Shown here: positions 51,536 to 64,000 of the stretch, piece after piece
How the letters are laid out: each line of letters starts with the position of its first letter
Position numbering within the stretch: position 1 is the stretch's first letter
Assembly (NCBI GenBank): GCA_043228905.1
Contig: JBHGNT010000012.1
Coordinates: 20,274,001 to 20,338,000 of the forward strand
From: Azolla caroliniana
Taxonomy: Eukaryota > Plantae > Polypodiophyta
Direction: 5' to 3'
Length of the DNA stretch: 64,000 nucleotides
Made by a program: the position numbers and the translations under genes
The notes under the pieces: generated by a model
What the model was told of the DNA's origin: nothing
The model's database searches: none
Seen by the model: only the letters and a program-made list of their open reading frames with translations

Positions 51536-52413
51536 GTAAGTCTCTCTCTCTCTCTCTCTCCTCTTTTCCTTCCCTTCTTCTTCCTGTGTTCAGATTTTGC
51601 CTATCTTTTCGCCTTCCTTTCACTCTACATAGATCAAAGCAATTAACATTAACGCAAATCCGCCGCGCATATAAGAGTTTTCATGCTAATCACATACCAG
51701 TTGAATTAATAGCTGAAGTCTGGGAATATAAGAAATTTGATGCATAATCACACTTCTTATAATAACTTAAATCTAGACATATAACGATTTTTGACACTTA
51801 TGAGGTGTGCGTAAAAGTTAAGTTAGGTCTGGGCGTACCAGAGTTTCTATGCTAATCTCAGAAAAGCTCAAATTTTGGCGTGTAAGGTATTTGATGCTAA
51901 TTGCATAGTGCCAGAAAAGTAACTCAACTCTGGTATATAAGAATTTTTCATGCTAATTTTATAGGCATGAAAATCTTCCCAAAACTTGGCATGTAAAAGG
52001 TTTGATGCCAAACAGAGCCAGAAAAATAGTTCGAATCTGGGCATCTAAGAGGTCCTAGAGCAATCAAATCAGGCCAGACAGAAATAACACAAATCTGGGT
52101 ATTGGAGAGAACTCAATTCTTAGCATATCAGAAGTTTGATGCTAATGAGGTAAAACTAGAAAAATAGCTCAAATCAGTGTGTATAATGGTTTTTTCATGT
52201 TAATCACATAGGCTTTGGAAGTTTACTCCAATCATTGTTATGTAAATGGTTTTATGCTAATAATATGCATAGAAATAATTCAAGGATCTAGTCATTAAAG
52301 AGGTTTATTTCTCGCCATAAATTAATCCAGTGAATTATCTTATCATTGTTAATTGAATTCAGTGATCAGTTCCTAGACCTGCAAATCAGATATGTGTAGA
52401 AATAAGTCAAAAC

Positions 52414-52655
52414 ATTTAGGCATATAAGAGATTTTTTGTTAAACAAAAAGTTCCAGTCTAAGAGTTTACATGCTACCCAGAAACTGATCTGATGGGGATC
52501 TTCCCAAAACCATTTGAGCTCAGTGACGAAATTTAGGCATATAAGAGATTTGTTGTTAAAACAAAAAGTTTCAGTCTAAGAGTTTACATGCTACCCAGAA
52601 ACTAATCTGATGGGGATCTTCCCAAAACCATTTGAGCTCAGTGACGAAATTTAGG
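52414..52655. repeat. Near-identical tandem duplication of about 117 bp in the UTR intron
   Basis: ATTTAGGCATATAAGAGATTT..GAGCTCAGTGACGAA occurs twice, followed by ATTTAGG. Confidence 0.9.
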
Positions 52656-53345
52656 TCTCACACGAACCCAATCGATATATATACATATATATTCTAGAAA
52701 CAACTCAAATATTAGTATATTAGAGGTGTCACTATGTAATTTCTGTGGTAGATTCTCTTTCCAGAATTAATTGAATTCATTGAAGAGTTTGATGCAATCA
52801 GGTGAATTTCTGAACATAGAACCCAATTTGTGAACATTACGTGTTTATCGATCTTTAAGGATTTGGAACATTGGTGTATGACTCTTATGATATAATAGAG
52901 TAGTCTGCGGAATCAATTGGCATATACAATTAGTGGAATGTAAAAGATTTGGATCCCGTCAATTGGTACACAATCATTGTGCCATAAAGATTGCGATCGT
53001 ATTGGCTTGCGTATACTATTCATGGATACGATAAACTGTGACCTTATTAATATGCATATATTATTCTTGTTTTATGGTCAATTGCCATAGATCCTTATGG
53101 TGATAATTTAGATTGCAGTCTGATTTATTGGGATTTGCCATTGCTGTGGTAGAGCAGATTGTGCTCTGATCAGATATCATGTTTAACTCATGTATTATAG
53201 CACTTTGTAGTTTGATTAATTGACGTATATCATTTTGCATGTATATTATTGCACCATAATATATTGTGGTCTAATAAAGTGGCATATAACATTTTTTTTG
53301 TGATAACAGAGTCCTTTAAAAGGAGTGTGATTTCTTTGTCAAGAA

Positions 53346-54059
53346 ATGGTTGTGGATTGCCGGAGTTTGATCGAGTTTTGCAAGGCCTTCGAGCAATACC
53401 GGAACAACATGGAAAGCTCTTCGGCTATGACAGACCAAGCTAAACATGAGAATTCTTCCAGATCTAGTCACAAGAGATATGCAAATGGTAGCACTTGTCC
53501 CTCTTCTCCATCTGCTTTATGCGACAACTCATCAGCGGCAGCCATAGATATACTCATCTTTCTTCTAGTTGTGGGTGCATGTGGCTTTTTATTCACTCCT
53601 TATTTCAAATATATATGCTCAGAAATGGCTGAGATATTGCCCCTGACTCTTATATTCATTGGAGAAGTTATCTACCACATTCCTATGGCTTATGTTGCTG
53701 GAGCGATTTTTACACTCATCCTAATGTTTTGTTCTTGGGAGCTTTATCAAAACAATGCTAGGAAATGCAACAACCCCAAATGTCGAGGCCTTAAAAAGGC
53801 CGTGGAGTTTGACATTCAGCTTGAATCTGAGAAATGTGTGCGAGCATTATCATCCTCTTCGTCATCAAGTTTTTCACACGAGGTTCCATGGAAAGGTCAT
53901 ATTGAACTAGGACATGATCACAAAGAGCTAGAAGCCGAGCTAAAGAGAATGGCGCCACCAAATGGTCGAGCGGTTCTTGTCTTTAGATCTCCATGTGGAT
54001 GTCCGACTGCAAGAATGGAGGTATGGGGACCCAAGAAGCCCCGAAAGTCTAAGAAATAA
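53346..54059 (+). CDS. Conserved uncharacterised plant membrane protein, At5g19025-like (often annotated as ribosomal protein L34e superfamily)
   Basis: Intact 237-aa ORF: MVVDCRSLIEFCKAFEQ.., CDNSSAAAIDILIFLLVVGACGFL, two hydrophobic segments, RKCNNPKCRGLKKAVEFDIQLESEKCV, HKELEAELKRMAPPNGRAVLVFRSPCGCP. Confidence 0.88.
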   Translation: MVVDCRSLIEFCKAFEQYRNNMESSSAMTDQAKHENSSRSSHKRYANGSTCPSSPSALCDNSSAAAIDILIFLLVVGACGFLFTPYFKYICSEMAEILPLTLIFIGEVIYHIPMAYVAGAIFTLILMFCSWELYQNNARKCNNPKCRGLKKAVEFDIQLESEKCVRALSSSSSSSFSHEVPWKGHIELGHDHKELEAELKRMAPPNGRAVLVFRSPCGCPTARMEVWGPKKPRKSKK

Positions 54060-55899
54060 AGAAGAAATTAGTTGTAGCCAAGGCATGGATGGATGGTTGT
54101 AGAGAACACTTTAGTCTGTATTGAAAAGAGCAAAGAGCATGCAATAAACATGGTTCATGACTCATGGAGAAAAGTTTGGTAAGTTTGTAAATATCATAAA
54201 CCCTGCACTCTTCATGGTTCAATTATTATATAATAATTATGGCTAAAGAGACAAGTTTTATACAAATTTCTTGGGATATAATGATGATAATATGCTTTAA
54301 TAAAATTTTCTTTGTGTATAATGGGGGTAACAAGTTTTAATACGGTATAATGGGGGGTATAATATGATGGGATTAGAAGTCTTATTTAAGATCTGTATAA
54401 TACAATTATGATAACATGTTTTATCCGAATTCCTTATTGATGTAATAATTGCTAACGAGATCTTTATATTAACAATGGTCTAAAATATCTGGCGTTATCA
54501 TATGCAGATGGGCTGTTTCCTTGTTCTACCAAAAGAAATGTGATACTTTTTGAAGGATATATGTGCGAGGAAAACGAATTGGGGATAAATGATGGGAACA
54601 TTAAATCTCCAAATTTGGCCCTACTCTGTGAATAAGCATTTAATGATGTTGATAGTTAATGAACAAGACAATGCTTCATCGATCTGTGATACTGATGCTA
54701 TCTATTTTCTGAGGCATTCTTCTTACCTTGCTCTCATAGAAAATCTCAGATGATGAGCACCATGATAAGAATCTGTGCTTTTTATCTTGTGCATGCTCTA
54801 GCTTTGTTACAATATTGCCACAGGCGATCTCGACCATCCATTCATCCTTGGGTACTGCAAGGACAGTTAGAGCTGTCCACGTGTCTTAAAAATAATAAGT
54901 ACGGAAAACATTGTATGTAGATTGTTCATAACAATAAAATATAGTTGATAGTTTTTCATTGTGCATTGAATAACATTATGCAATTGTCTATTCGCATCGA
55001 GAAACAAAGAATGACCCTTGTTTGCTTTTAGGTTTGTCCTTTTTTTCTGTTGTCAGGGCTTAACTTATTTCATTGATAGAAATGGAAATAGTGGAGACTT
55101 TCATCTTGTTGAATAAACATTATATGCAGGTTGTCCATTAGTACAGATAAAGCAAAACAATTGTGGTTTGAATATGCTTTTTTTTTCTTATTTCCCATTT
55201 GTTGATCTTTTCTAGAACCAGTCCATATTTTGATGATGATCAACATGATATATGTATGCATCAACTAGTGTTTTTACTTGTTCCATGCGTGAAGACGATG
55301 AATAAGCGCTTTTGTTGGAGAATCTTATTTCTCTAAATGAAAAAAAAGATTTATGATTTACGTTACTAAACATGCATATTCAAGAGTGCTTGGTTTTATG
55401 CCATGAATTGAATTTTTGGTTTGGTTCGACAATTTGGCAGTTAAACAAGCATTTGATTGTTGTCCTCAATAGGTGTGTATAAGTTGTGACTCTATGAATA
55501 TTACTCTGATCGTCTTCATATTTTTGTGGACTTCTTGTTCACTTTTTCTTGGATTCGTTTTTTGACACTTCAATTTGATGATCGTTTGATTGGCCACCAA
55601 AAGTAATGATGTCGAACTCTTCCGCTCTTTGTTTTCTTTGCATCTCTTTTTAGTTTGTTCTCTTTGAATTTGTAAAATCAATCTCTTTTGTGTAGCCAAA
55701 TGTGAACACATGTTTTGTCTAAATATTGTAGTTTGGTCGACGACACGACGGTATGTTTGGAATTTTACATGCATTTGTTGACATTTATGAGGTGGTTCAG
55801 AAATATAAGTTTCACTATCTTATTGAATTGTGTATGTTTTTTGAAGATGATATGTAGACACAATGTGAAGTTTGAAATACCATGAAATCTTCTCTTAAT

Positions 55900-57150
55900 C
55901 TCTTAGGTGTATTACCACTCATATAGGGGTTTAAGATCGGCCATGAATTTTGTTTTGTTTTTAATATCACCTTTTACCTTTGGTCCATAAATGAACATAT
56001 CCCACTTGCGTCAAGCAAAAATTGATTCTTAGGAGGGATGCACTACGAAGCACATGCTAATGAGCATTATGATTGTCTCTTGATATTTTACGATTAGTGC
56101 TAACTATAGCAAATCTTCGGAAAATGATTTTTGCCAAATACCAAAATATGATTTAAAGCATATTGTTAATGTTTTGTTTGAGAGGGGCATAAGGTGATGT
56201 GTTTTAAATGCACTAAAGTGAGGTCAACACTAGCCCCTTATTATACAAGCAATATTGTTGATATTTCGTCTCAATTATATTTTGGAAGCTTTTTTGACAA
56301 GCAGATGTCTTTATGGAAAGCTAGTTGGTTTTATAAATTGGCTAGTGGAAGTTGGACGTCACTCTTGACTTTTATATGTCATAATCCTTTAGGACGGCAA
56401 ATACTAGTTCTTGTGTGTAACAAACTCCTGGTCTCCAAGCACAAAGAAACAAACTTGATTCACATCCATTGTGTTGAGCGATATGGTCTTTCATTGGAGA
56501 AGTCTCATGAACCTTAATATGTAATCATTATGTAAAGTCTTTGAACAATTTTTAAGTACAATATTCATGTGAAAATAACACTTAATGAAATGTCTCTACC
56601 AAAAGTGTCTTGTGACTTACCACAAAGACCAACGACCAACATACCATAACGGTGATAGTCATGCAGCATCGGAGGCCAATGTCACAAGCATAGAAAATTG
56701 TTCCAAAATTTGCACACACTCACAATGATGCTTTTGAAGTGTAGGCATGTATGTTTCTAAGGCATCAAATGTGCGTACACAAGCACTCTTTGCAAAGTGG
56801 TCGCATTGCTTGTCGCATATTGGTCTTCAAAATTTGTGTGGAAGCCCTTAGAATATATAGTAAACATTGTTTTTTGTTTTATACCATGGGGTGAGGTGCT
56901 CGAATCCAATGCAAAATTTTGGTATTTGCATAAGGATTTGATTGGTTTTAACTTCAAAAGTCCTTGTAAGGGAAAAGCATAGATACTACTACTTGTAAAG
57001 TAAAATTTTGATATTTCGAGAAGGATTTGGTTGGTTTTATGTTGAAGTTCCTTGCAAGAGAAAATTACCAATAAATATTGACACAATACTATCTCTCGTA
57101 GTTTGAGAAATGTCATTGCACACTCTTAGTGATTATACCTCCATGGATAG
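55900..57150 (-). mobile_element. Highly degenerate hAT transposase relic
   Basis: NFALDSST (compare hAT SLALDEST) in ORF 56757-57116 and LVTLASDAA (compare SDGA) near 56670. Boundaries are approximate. Confidence 0.4.
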
Positions 57151-60100
57151 TGAACTAAGATGTCGCTAGCAAATAGATAGAGCGGTAAAACATGAGTAGC
57201 TTTTTAAATTATAGTTTGTAAGGCCGCTACAATTATTAATCACATTGGTTTTTAATGGATCATGCATTAACCTCGTTTATTAGAGATTAATCTCCATTTC
57301 TAACCTTTGCACTAAATATTTCATGTACTGATTCCTATTCGTAGCTTAGTTTTCATGTTGAATTTGCATTATTAATCTCTTTTGATAGCTCTTAATCTCT
57401 CTTAAGCTCTTATACGTGTTTTGTCTTGGAGTCTAACCTCAACTAAATATCGTGTCAAATCCTTAGTAATTATTGAATAAATTCATTAATTTGACAAAGT
57501 AAGATGTTGCTACGGGATTAATGAAAGAATTGTTCGAAACAAAAACCTCATTGTCATGATTAACCAGTTTAATCATGCTAGTAGTAGTAACTATATTTTT
57601 ACTAGGCAAGTTATGTTACCTTTTTCCCCCTATGCATGTATGCATACAACAATATTTCTCAAACTACGAGGTGTTGTAGTCATATCATCCCTATACACGA
57701 GATGCATTATTGACGGCTCATGAACAATCATCCTTACAAAAATCATGATGATTGTATATATGTAGGACTTTTCTCAACTTGTAAAAAACGGGGGGGGGGG
57801 GGGGGGGGGGATGTAAGATGTTTTTGTCTATTATAAGATAATAACATTTTATGGACTCGTAAAAACGAAGACACTTAAATAGAATTTCCCTCCTGTAAAG
57901 GCGTAGACCACAAACAAACTTTCTACTAGGTGTTTGGAAATCATGTCCACAATTTTGTATGGAAACATGTAAAACATAGTAGGAAAACCTAGTGCCAAAC
58001 TCAATTTGATAACAAATGATTAAAAAACAAGCGGAGAAAATTAAAGGGCAACACAATTGCCATAACTTTGACATTGCCAAACACTTGTTGTGATGCTAGA
58101 TCCCTAAGCTATTCAATAGAAGTATCCCATCAACTAACACGATGGGCTTTACGATGCCCTGCAGATAATGATAAAAAGAAATATCGTTGATCAATTAGTG
58201 TTTTTCCTTCAATGCATCATGTTGCCAAAACGAGACAATTGTGGTGCAATAATTCCAAAGGGTGTTGATTTTTACAGGTCAATCCAAGAGTTTCTAAGTG
58301 AAGTTGTTCTTCAATCTCCCTCCCTCGCCAATCAATGTATGTCTCACATTCAACCCATGTCTTGTTTCTTACCTGATGTATTTCCCAACTATTGGGTGTA
58401 AATGTGTGTGTGTGTGTGTGTAGAAGGGAGACATGTAGCAAAAGAAAAGAAAATCAACGGAGAATATTATGACCGAGTTGGAATACTTCTACAAGTTTAG
58501 GGTGTCAAACTTCTCAAGATGTTGCTTTTTGTGAGATGTTCTCGTTGTGTCTTTCTCTGTAGGAAGCCTATGTCAATGCATTCCATGTATATATGCCTAT
58601 TGTTGTTGATATTGCAATGACTCGTTACATACAACTGACACTAGTGTCCATCATGTTATTTCCTTAAAGTAAGGTACTGAAGTCAAAGGATTATATTATC
58701 AATGCTTTCATTGTTTCGGAATGCGGGTTGTTGCAAAATATATAGAAAGAAATATGCCATCGTGCAAATTAAAATGCAACACCATACGTACATATTGTTG
58801 ACAAGTAAGCTTTACACAAACCCGTTGTGTAAGCCATTGATATGCTTTTGTATCCGTTTTCAATGAGCCATTAGAAAGGGTTCGCTGTCTTTTTAAAAAC
58901 AAGTCATCGCGATTAACGTATCCTCAGAATTGACATGCACAAGCAAACTTTTGTAAAGTAGTTTGACATATCTAAAATCGGATTGATAGATATCATGTTT
59001 TATTTATTCTTGTTATCGTTTCGTGATGTTAAACACACATGTAAACATGTGCGTCCAATCGAAATCGCATGCCTCATTGGAAGCAAAAGAAATAAAAGCA
59101 TTTGATTCACACTAGGAAGAGAAAAAAAGAATGTTGTATTCGTCTTTCAATCTCTCAATGGGATGTTGCAACATCCGTTTACTTCTATACAATATATATA
59201 TATTGGCAATATTATCACAAGTGTTCCATGTTACGGGTGGCGTCGGTACAACGAGGAGAAAAAATGCACCATGTTATGTTTTGATCAGTTTCTTTGAATT
59301 GAAAGGCATAGATGCAAATATAAGGTTTGTTTTAGTATTGTCCTCATGAGGCCAAAGATGACTAATGGGACAAAGGACGGAACCGGTTTCATACCGATTT
59401 CGATTGGGCAAAGTGGCGACAGGACAAGAAGGTCGGGCCATTTCCCCCCATTGTTGTGTGATCGGAATGCTCAAAAATGCCTCTGAAACATCGATGGGTC
59501 CCCACCGATGAAACAGATGCCTTCTCGATCAGGTGGTGTACGAGCAAGAGACAAATGCTTAGACACCGCATGTACCTTAAACCCTAAACCCTAAACAGGC
59601 ACACACTTATGCGCGCGCGCGTGTGCAAAGTTAATAATAAACACATGAGGGGTTGGTTCGACAAGGTTTACGGGCGGGTGTGGGCCTATGTCCACCTCGA
59701 TTACGAGATGCATGTACACACACACACACACACACACATTGAAATTATATGGTACAAAGAAGAAGAAGAAGAAGAAGAAGAAGAAGAAGAAGCAAAATGA
59801 GAAGCGTTCTTTAGAGAACCAACGAACACACGTTTAATTTTTAAAACAATCCAATTAGCTCCTTTCTTCCTTTCCTTTAATTAAATTAAAATATTTAAAA
59901 CATGGGGGCTGAGGTTTGGATTAATTCGATTAATGACGTCATGTGGGAGAGGGGTTGGTTTCACACTTGGGCGGGCGAGATAAAAAAAAGAAACACGTGA
60001 CTTATTTTCTCATTTTTCTTATTTTCTTTTATTTTCTTTAACTCTATCCCTCTGAAATAAGAGCCGTTGTGTCCCTCTCTTATTAGTATATTACTTATAT

Positions 60101-60330
60101 ATATATATATATAATTCATTTATTTATTACGGGTTTATTTATTACACCATGTCCTCGCCACCTCTTCTTTTCTTTATTTGTTTTAATTAATTAATTACTA
60201 GATTTATTTATTAGTATTTTTTGTTACTAGTATGTATCAACTTTCAAGTAAAATTAAAGTAATGCTATTTGTTAACGTCCTCTTTCCTAAGTTGACCTTA
60301 TTCTTGGACCCTTACACTTCCCCATGCATG

Positions 60331-60354
60331 TACAATCGGCAACGGTTCGGTTCG
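60331..60354. mobile_element. Isolated TIR end of the same hAT-MITE family
   Basis: TACAATCGGCAACGGTTCGGTTCG is the reverse complement of the right ends at 20670 and 23290. Confidence 0.6.
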
Positions 60355-63023
60355 AGAGTGTTAAATAAATAAATAATTCTCCACCCTTTGGTCCTTCTTC
60401 CTTTTTTGTGGTTTCAAACTTGTCCGGTCACATTCCCAACCAAGCTCTCTCGCCAGTCACCAACCCCTTCTTCGCTTGGTCCTATCCATCAATTGTCTAA
60501 TTCCGATTGGCTTTCCTCATGAACTAGGAGATCCTCCTCCCGCCTCGGCAAGCCCATGCAAGAGCTTTACGGCCTCGTGATTTTCCCTGCTTCACCAACA
60601 TCCCCATACATGTATGTAACTCTCTCCCTCTCCTACGTAGAATGTACCCCCACACAAACAACCTTTTCCTACTCAAACAATTTAGCTTTTCATTGGGTTG
60701 GGTCTCGGGTCGCATTATATACAAGCAAGACATTCGTGTTGGCTTGAACACCGACGGTTATTACTATGGCACACTAACTTGCCTTCCATGTTTAGAGTTC
60801 ATTGTCAGTTGTTGCATGAACATGCGTGATACTTCTCTTTACGTTGAATGTTTGATCGAGTCTTTTATCTTATCGTTAAGTTGTCATGTGTGTCACTGAA
60901 TGATAACTTACTCCGAAGATCGTAAAATAAAAGAGGGGCGATAACTTTCTTACCACGCATGCTTTTATATTGAATTGATTGTAGTTATAAGTAATGGGTT
61001 GCTATCTATAGGCCTCGGTTTACCCACATTGTCAGTAAGGTAACTTGCGACTCGTAAGTACTTAGATTTAATTAAATATTAAAAGAACATTAACCAAACC
61101 TATCCACGAGAAATCATGTAAACCACAAAGTCTATAATGTTAAATATTGACATCGTTTAGAGATCGTGATTGATCAGGTATCCAATGCTCATTGGGTTTC
61201 TCGCAATATTATGAATCGAATTTGGTGGGTTTTTCATGAGATGAGGTGTGAAAGACAACATGGTGGTAGTGTTGATGAGTTTTAGTACCTTAACAATATC
61301 AAATACGAAACATAAGAACATGAACATATTTGTCACGACTCACAACATAACATAACAACGTAGTTCCATTTACAAGATTTCATAGGCCATGAATCTCTCT
61401 CACCTTAATTGTGCATTTCTTGATCCATGCAACCTTTGGAATACATTTACTGACACATTCACTTGGTTGAAAAAAGAGATAGAGTGCAATGATTTTTTGA
61501 GTTATTTATTTGCCCAACTCGACCATGACACATAGTGCACAATGCTGACAAGTTACCACAATAAAAGCTCAATGTTCAATATGTATCTACAAGGATACAC
61601 TCGATAAAGGGTGACCATAAACGTCTCTTTTATCAAAGAATGCATATTGATTTGTACCTAGTCATGGTAAAATTAAACAAGAAGTGAGCCCAACTTCGGT
61701 TATTGTGATATCAATTGGATTTAGTAAATATTTCGAGTGTTCCCCCACCCTATTAGCTTGGTGATTGTTTGACAATTAATTAAAAAACACTTATGAAGAT
61801 GCCATCAAGGATAAGATGAGTATTCAAATGGCATGTTGCATTAGAATATGTCCACTATGTTTAAGATATGGCCATGTTTCTATACAAAATGGAGTTAGAG
61901 TGTGGCATTCATGGTGTAAGGAAAATCGATCTCGTAAAGTTCAATGTACACAAGTTATGTTATGGGGGTCCTATATACATAACTACAAGCTTGCAACCTT
62001 TCCCAACTACGTTGTAATACATATACGAACTAAATAGAATCTAGGATTCTCCCAATATGACCACGGTCCTCCACATGTCATGGAAGAACACACTCTCTCT
62101 CTCTCTCTCTCCCAGTTGATGGGGTATTATGATATTACTGAAATCTCACACACAAGAGATCTCGAGTTTGAGTTTGGGTTCAAGTGTCTTTAAGTCACAA
62201 AGTATTGTAGATGAAAAAATAATTATGATGTTCTACTATGGTCTTTCACTCACTCACTCTTGTCATATCGGGACTACAACCGAGAGTAGTAATCGTATTT
62301 TATTATCTCACTACTCGGTCCAAATCTTACAAACTTCTTGTTTTACTACTAGATTGCGTGTAATATAAGGGATTGAATGTGTGGCATGTAGTTCTCCATT
62401 GACAACCTACACAAATATTTATGGAGACTTGGATGTTTCTTCAAAGGTTGCACATGGCTTGCATGATGGTCATATTACCTCACATGCATGTGAAGTATCC
62501 CTAGATGTATGTGTTATGATTCATGAACTTTCTATTGCTTGACAACCTCGATGATGATGGCAACATTTCTCTAAACCGTTTAATGCAACAGTTGATGAGT
62601 TCTTACCTCCATGATGGTGTTTGGAACCATGATTTGTATATAATAATTGCTCATGGGTAGTTAGTTGGAAGGTTGTTACCATGTGCTTTAAGAATTGACA
62701 TAGTGATTTTGATGACTGTACATTTGCTTGGTCTATTTGGGATCATGGAGACAATGTCAGTGCATTTGTGTACCCATGATCATTTTGTGATTACTGATCA
62801 TGGTTTGTGGCTAGGCATGTTTGTGCGTAACTTCATTTTTATTTTTATTCCTTGGGCCTAATTTGCTTCATATGACAATGAAAACCTTCTATGGGATTGA
62901 ACAAGGCATGCATAGCGTCTTAGTTCATTACGTTAATAGGACACTTTACTTTCTTCTAATAGTTCATGAACTCATTAATTGATCTTGGAAAAGTTGTGAT
63001 TTTGTGACATGACACTAATGTGT

Positions 63024-63146
63024 TACTCATGAATGTGTATCTACTCATATATCTTTCTATTGGGGCATTTGAGACATGATGGCCCTATACTCATGAATGT
63101 GTATCTACTCATATATCTTTCTATTGGGGCATTTGAGACATGATGG
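63024..63146. repeat. Exact 59-bp direct duplication with a 5-bp spacer
   Basis: 63024-63082 is identical to 63088-63146. Confidence 0.9.
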
Positions 63147-64000
63147 TTCAATCATAGAAATATGTTGAGATGTTCAATACACATAACACATTCTTATCGA
63201 GGGAAACTTAATCTTATTACATTTAGAAAATCCTACCTATATGTATCCAACTATATTCTCTTAAGAGCAATCTACACATTTTGTACCAAGGATGTTAGAT
63301 ATTCCAAATCTAAAGCATGCCTCGAGCTCTTATTGGAATTTGTAATATATGAAATATCATGATGGTACAAAAGCATGCTAATGATCCTCATAAATACATT
63401 CATGGCAGGATATTGGATTATAATCACATCCAAGCATGCAAATGAAGACTTGTAATTTCATTCATGGGAGGATATTGGATCATGATCACCTCAACGAGGT
63501 CTCGACTCTCAACAACCCCATATTTTATCCATATCAATAACAAACTTGTATCACTAATCATTACTCTGTGTTTATCTCAGATAAAATTATGATTTGACAT
63601 AATCATGGTTGCTTGCTACTTGAACCCACAACTTTGATGTTGGAAAGCACTTACTTTCACATCACACATCTAGTTTGATGAATATATCACATTTGATTGG
63701 CACAAAGTACAAACTTTTGCAATTATGCATCTAACATAATGAATATATAGTTGGTCTTTTTTATTCTATTATGTCTTGTTAGATCTAATTGTGACATATC
63801 TCATCTACTAGTTGTATACAAGGATCAAATGAGTGTAATCATTTGGGATGCTTCTAATGAGTTTCTCAAATATATGGATGACCTTGCGTGACATTCATGC
63901 CCCCATATACACACGTCCTTACATTGTTCATCTTTAGTGCTTCCATAATGTAATTCCAAATCGTGCTCATGTGACTATCAAAGAGGTTATGGTCCTATGG

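Noticed and set aside
58500-59600. Possible LINE 3' relic or short gene near the telo-box at 59578
   Set aside because: Only a weak Y-x-Y-G-V-like remnant; no consistent ORF or splice structure.
62150-64000. Possible decayed Gypsy integrase on the minus strand (ALDL-like remnant near 63310)
   Set aside because: Too degenerate to support boundaries or a call without a search.

Overview
Land-plant nuclear DNA; the retroelement types suggest a seed-free plant such as a fern, but that is an inference. I can reconstruct three host genes by hand: a 26-exon ATRX/CHR20-type SNF2 chromatin remodeller (minus strand, 3077-17026, about 1443 aa), a 6-exon GH28 polygalacturonase (plus strand, 43063-47206, about 467 aa) and an At5g19025-like two-TM protein (plus strand, 53346-54059). 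A nested transposon stack lies between the first two genes. A Ty1/Copia element (21980-38427) carries a hAT-type MITE and a full-length Ty3/Gypsy element (26655-37633, 463-bp LTRs, CCCAA TSD). The Gypsy pol is itself interrupted by a 1.27-kb insert. Two signals stand out. (1) The Gypsy element has no polypurine tract. In its place is a sense-strand mimic of a tRNA 3' half (T-arm plus acceptor strand ending CCA) 2 nt before the 3' LTR, in addition to a normal PBS at the 5' LTR. This suggests both cDNA strands may be primed by tRNA or tRNA-like RNA. (2) The 1.27-kb insert carries a TATA box followed by a minimal type I hammerhead ribozyme, typical of Penelope-like elements. Also present are LINE and hAT relics, an organellar-type trnH pseudogene, interstitial telomeric repeats and several local duplications. 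All alignments and counts were done by eye.
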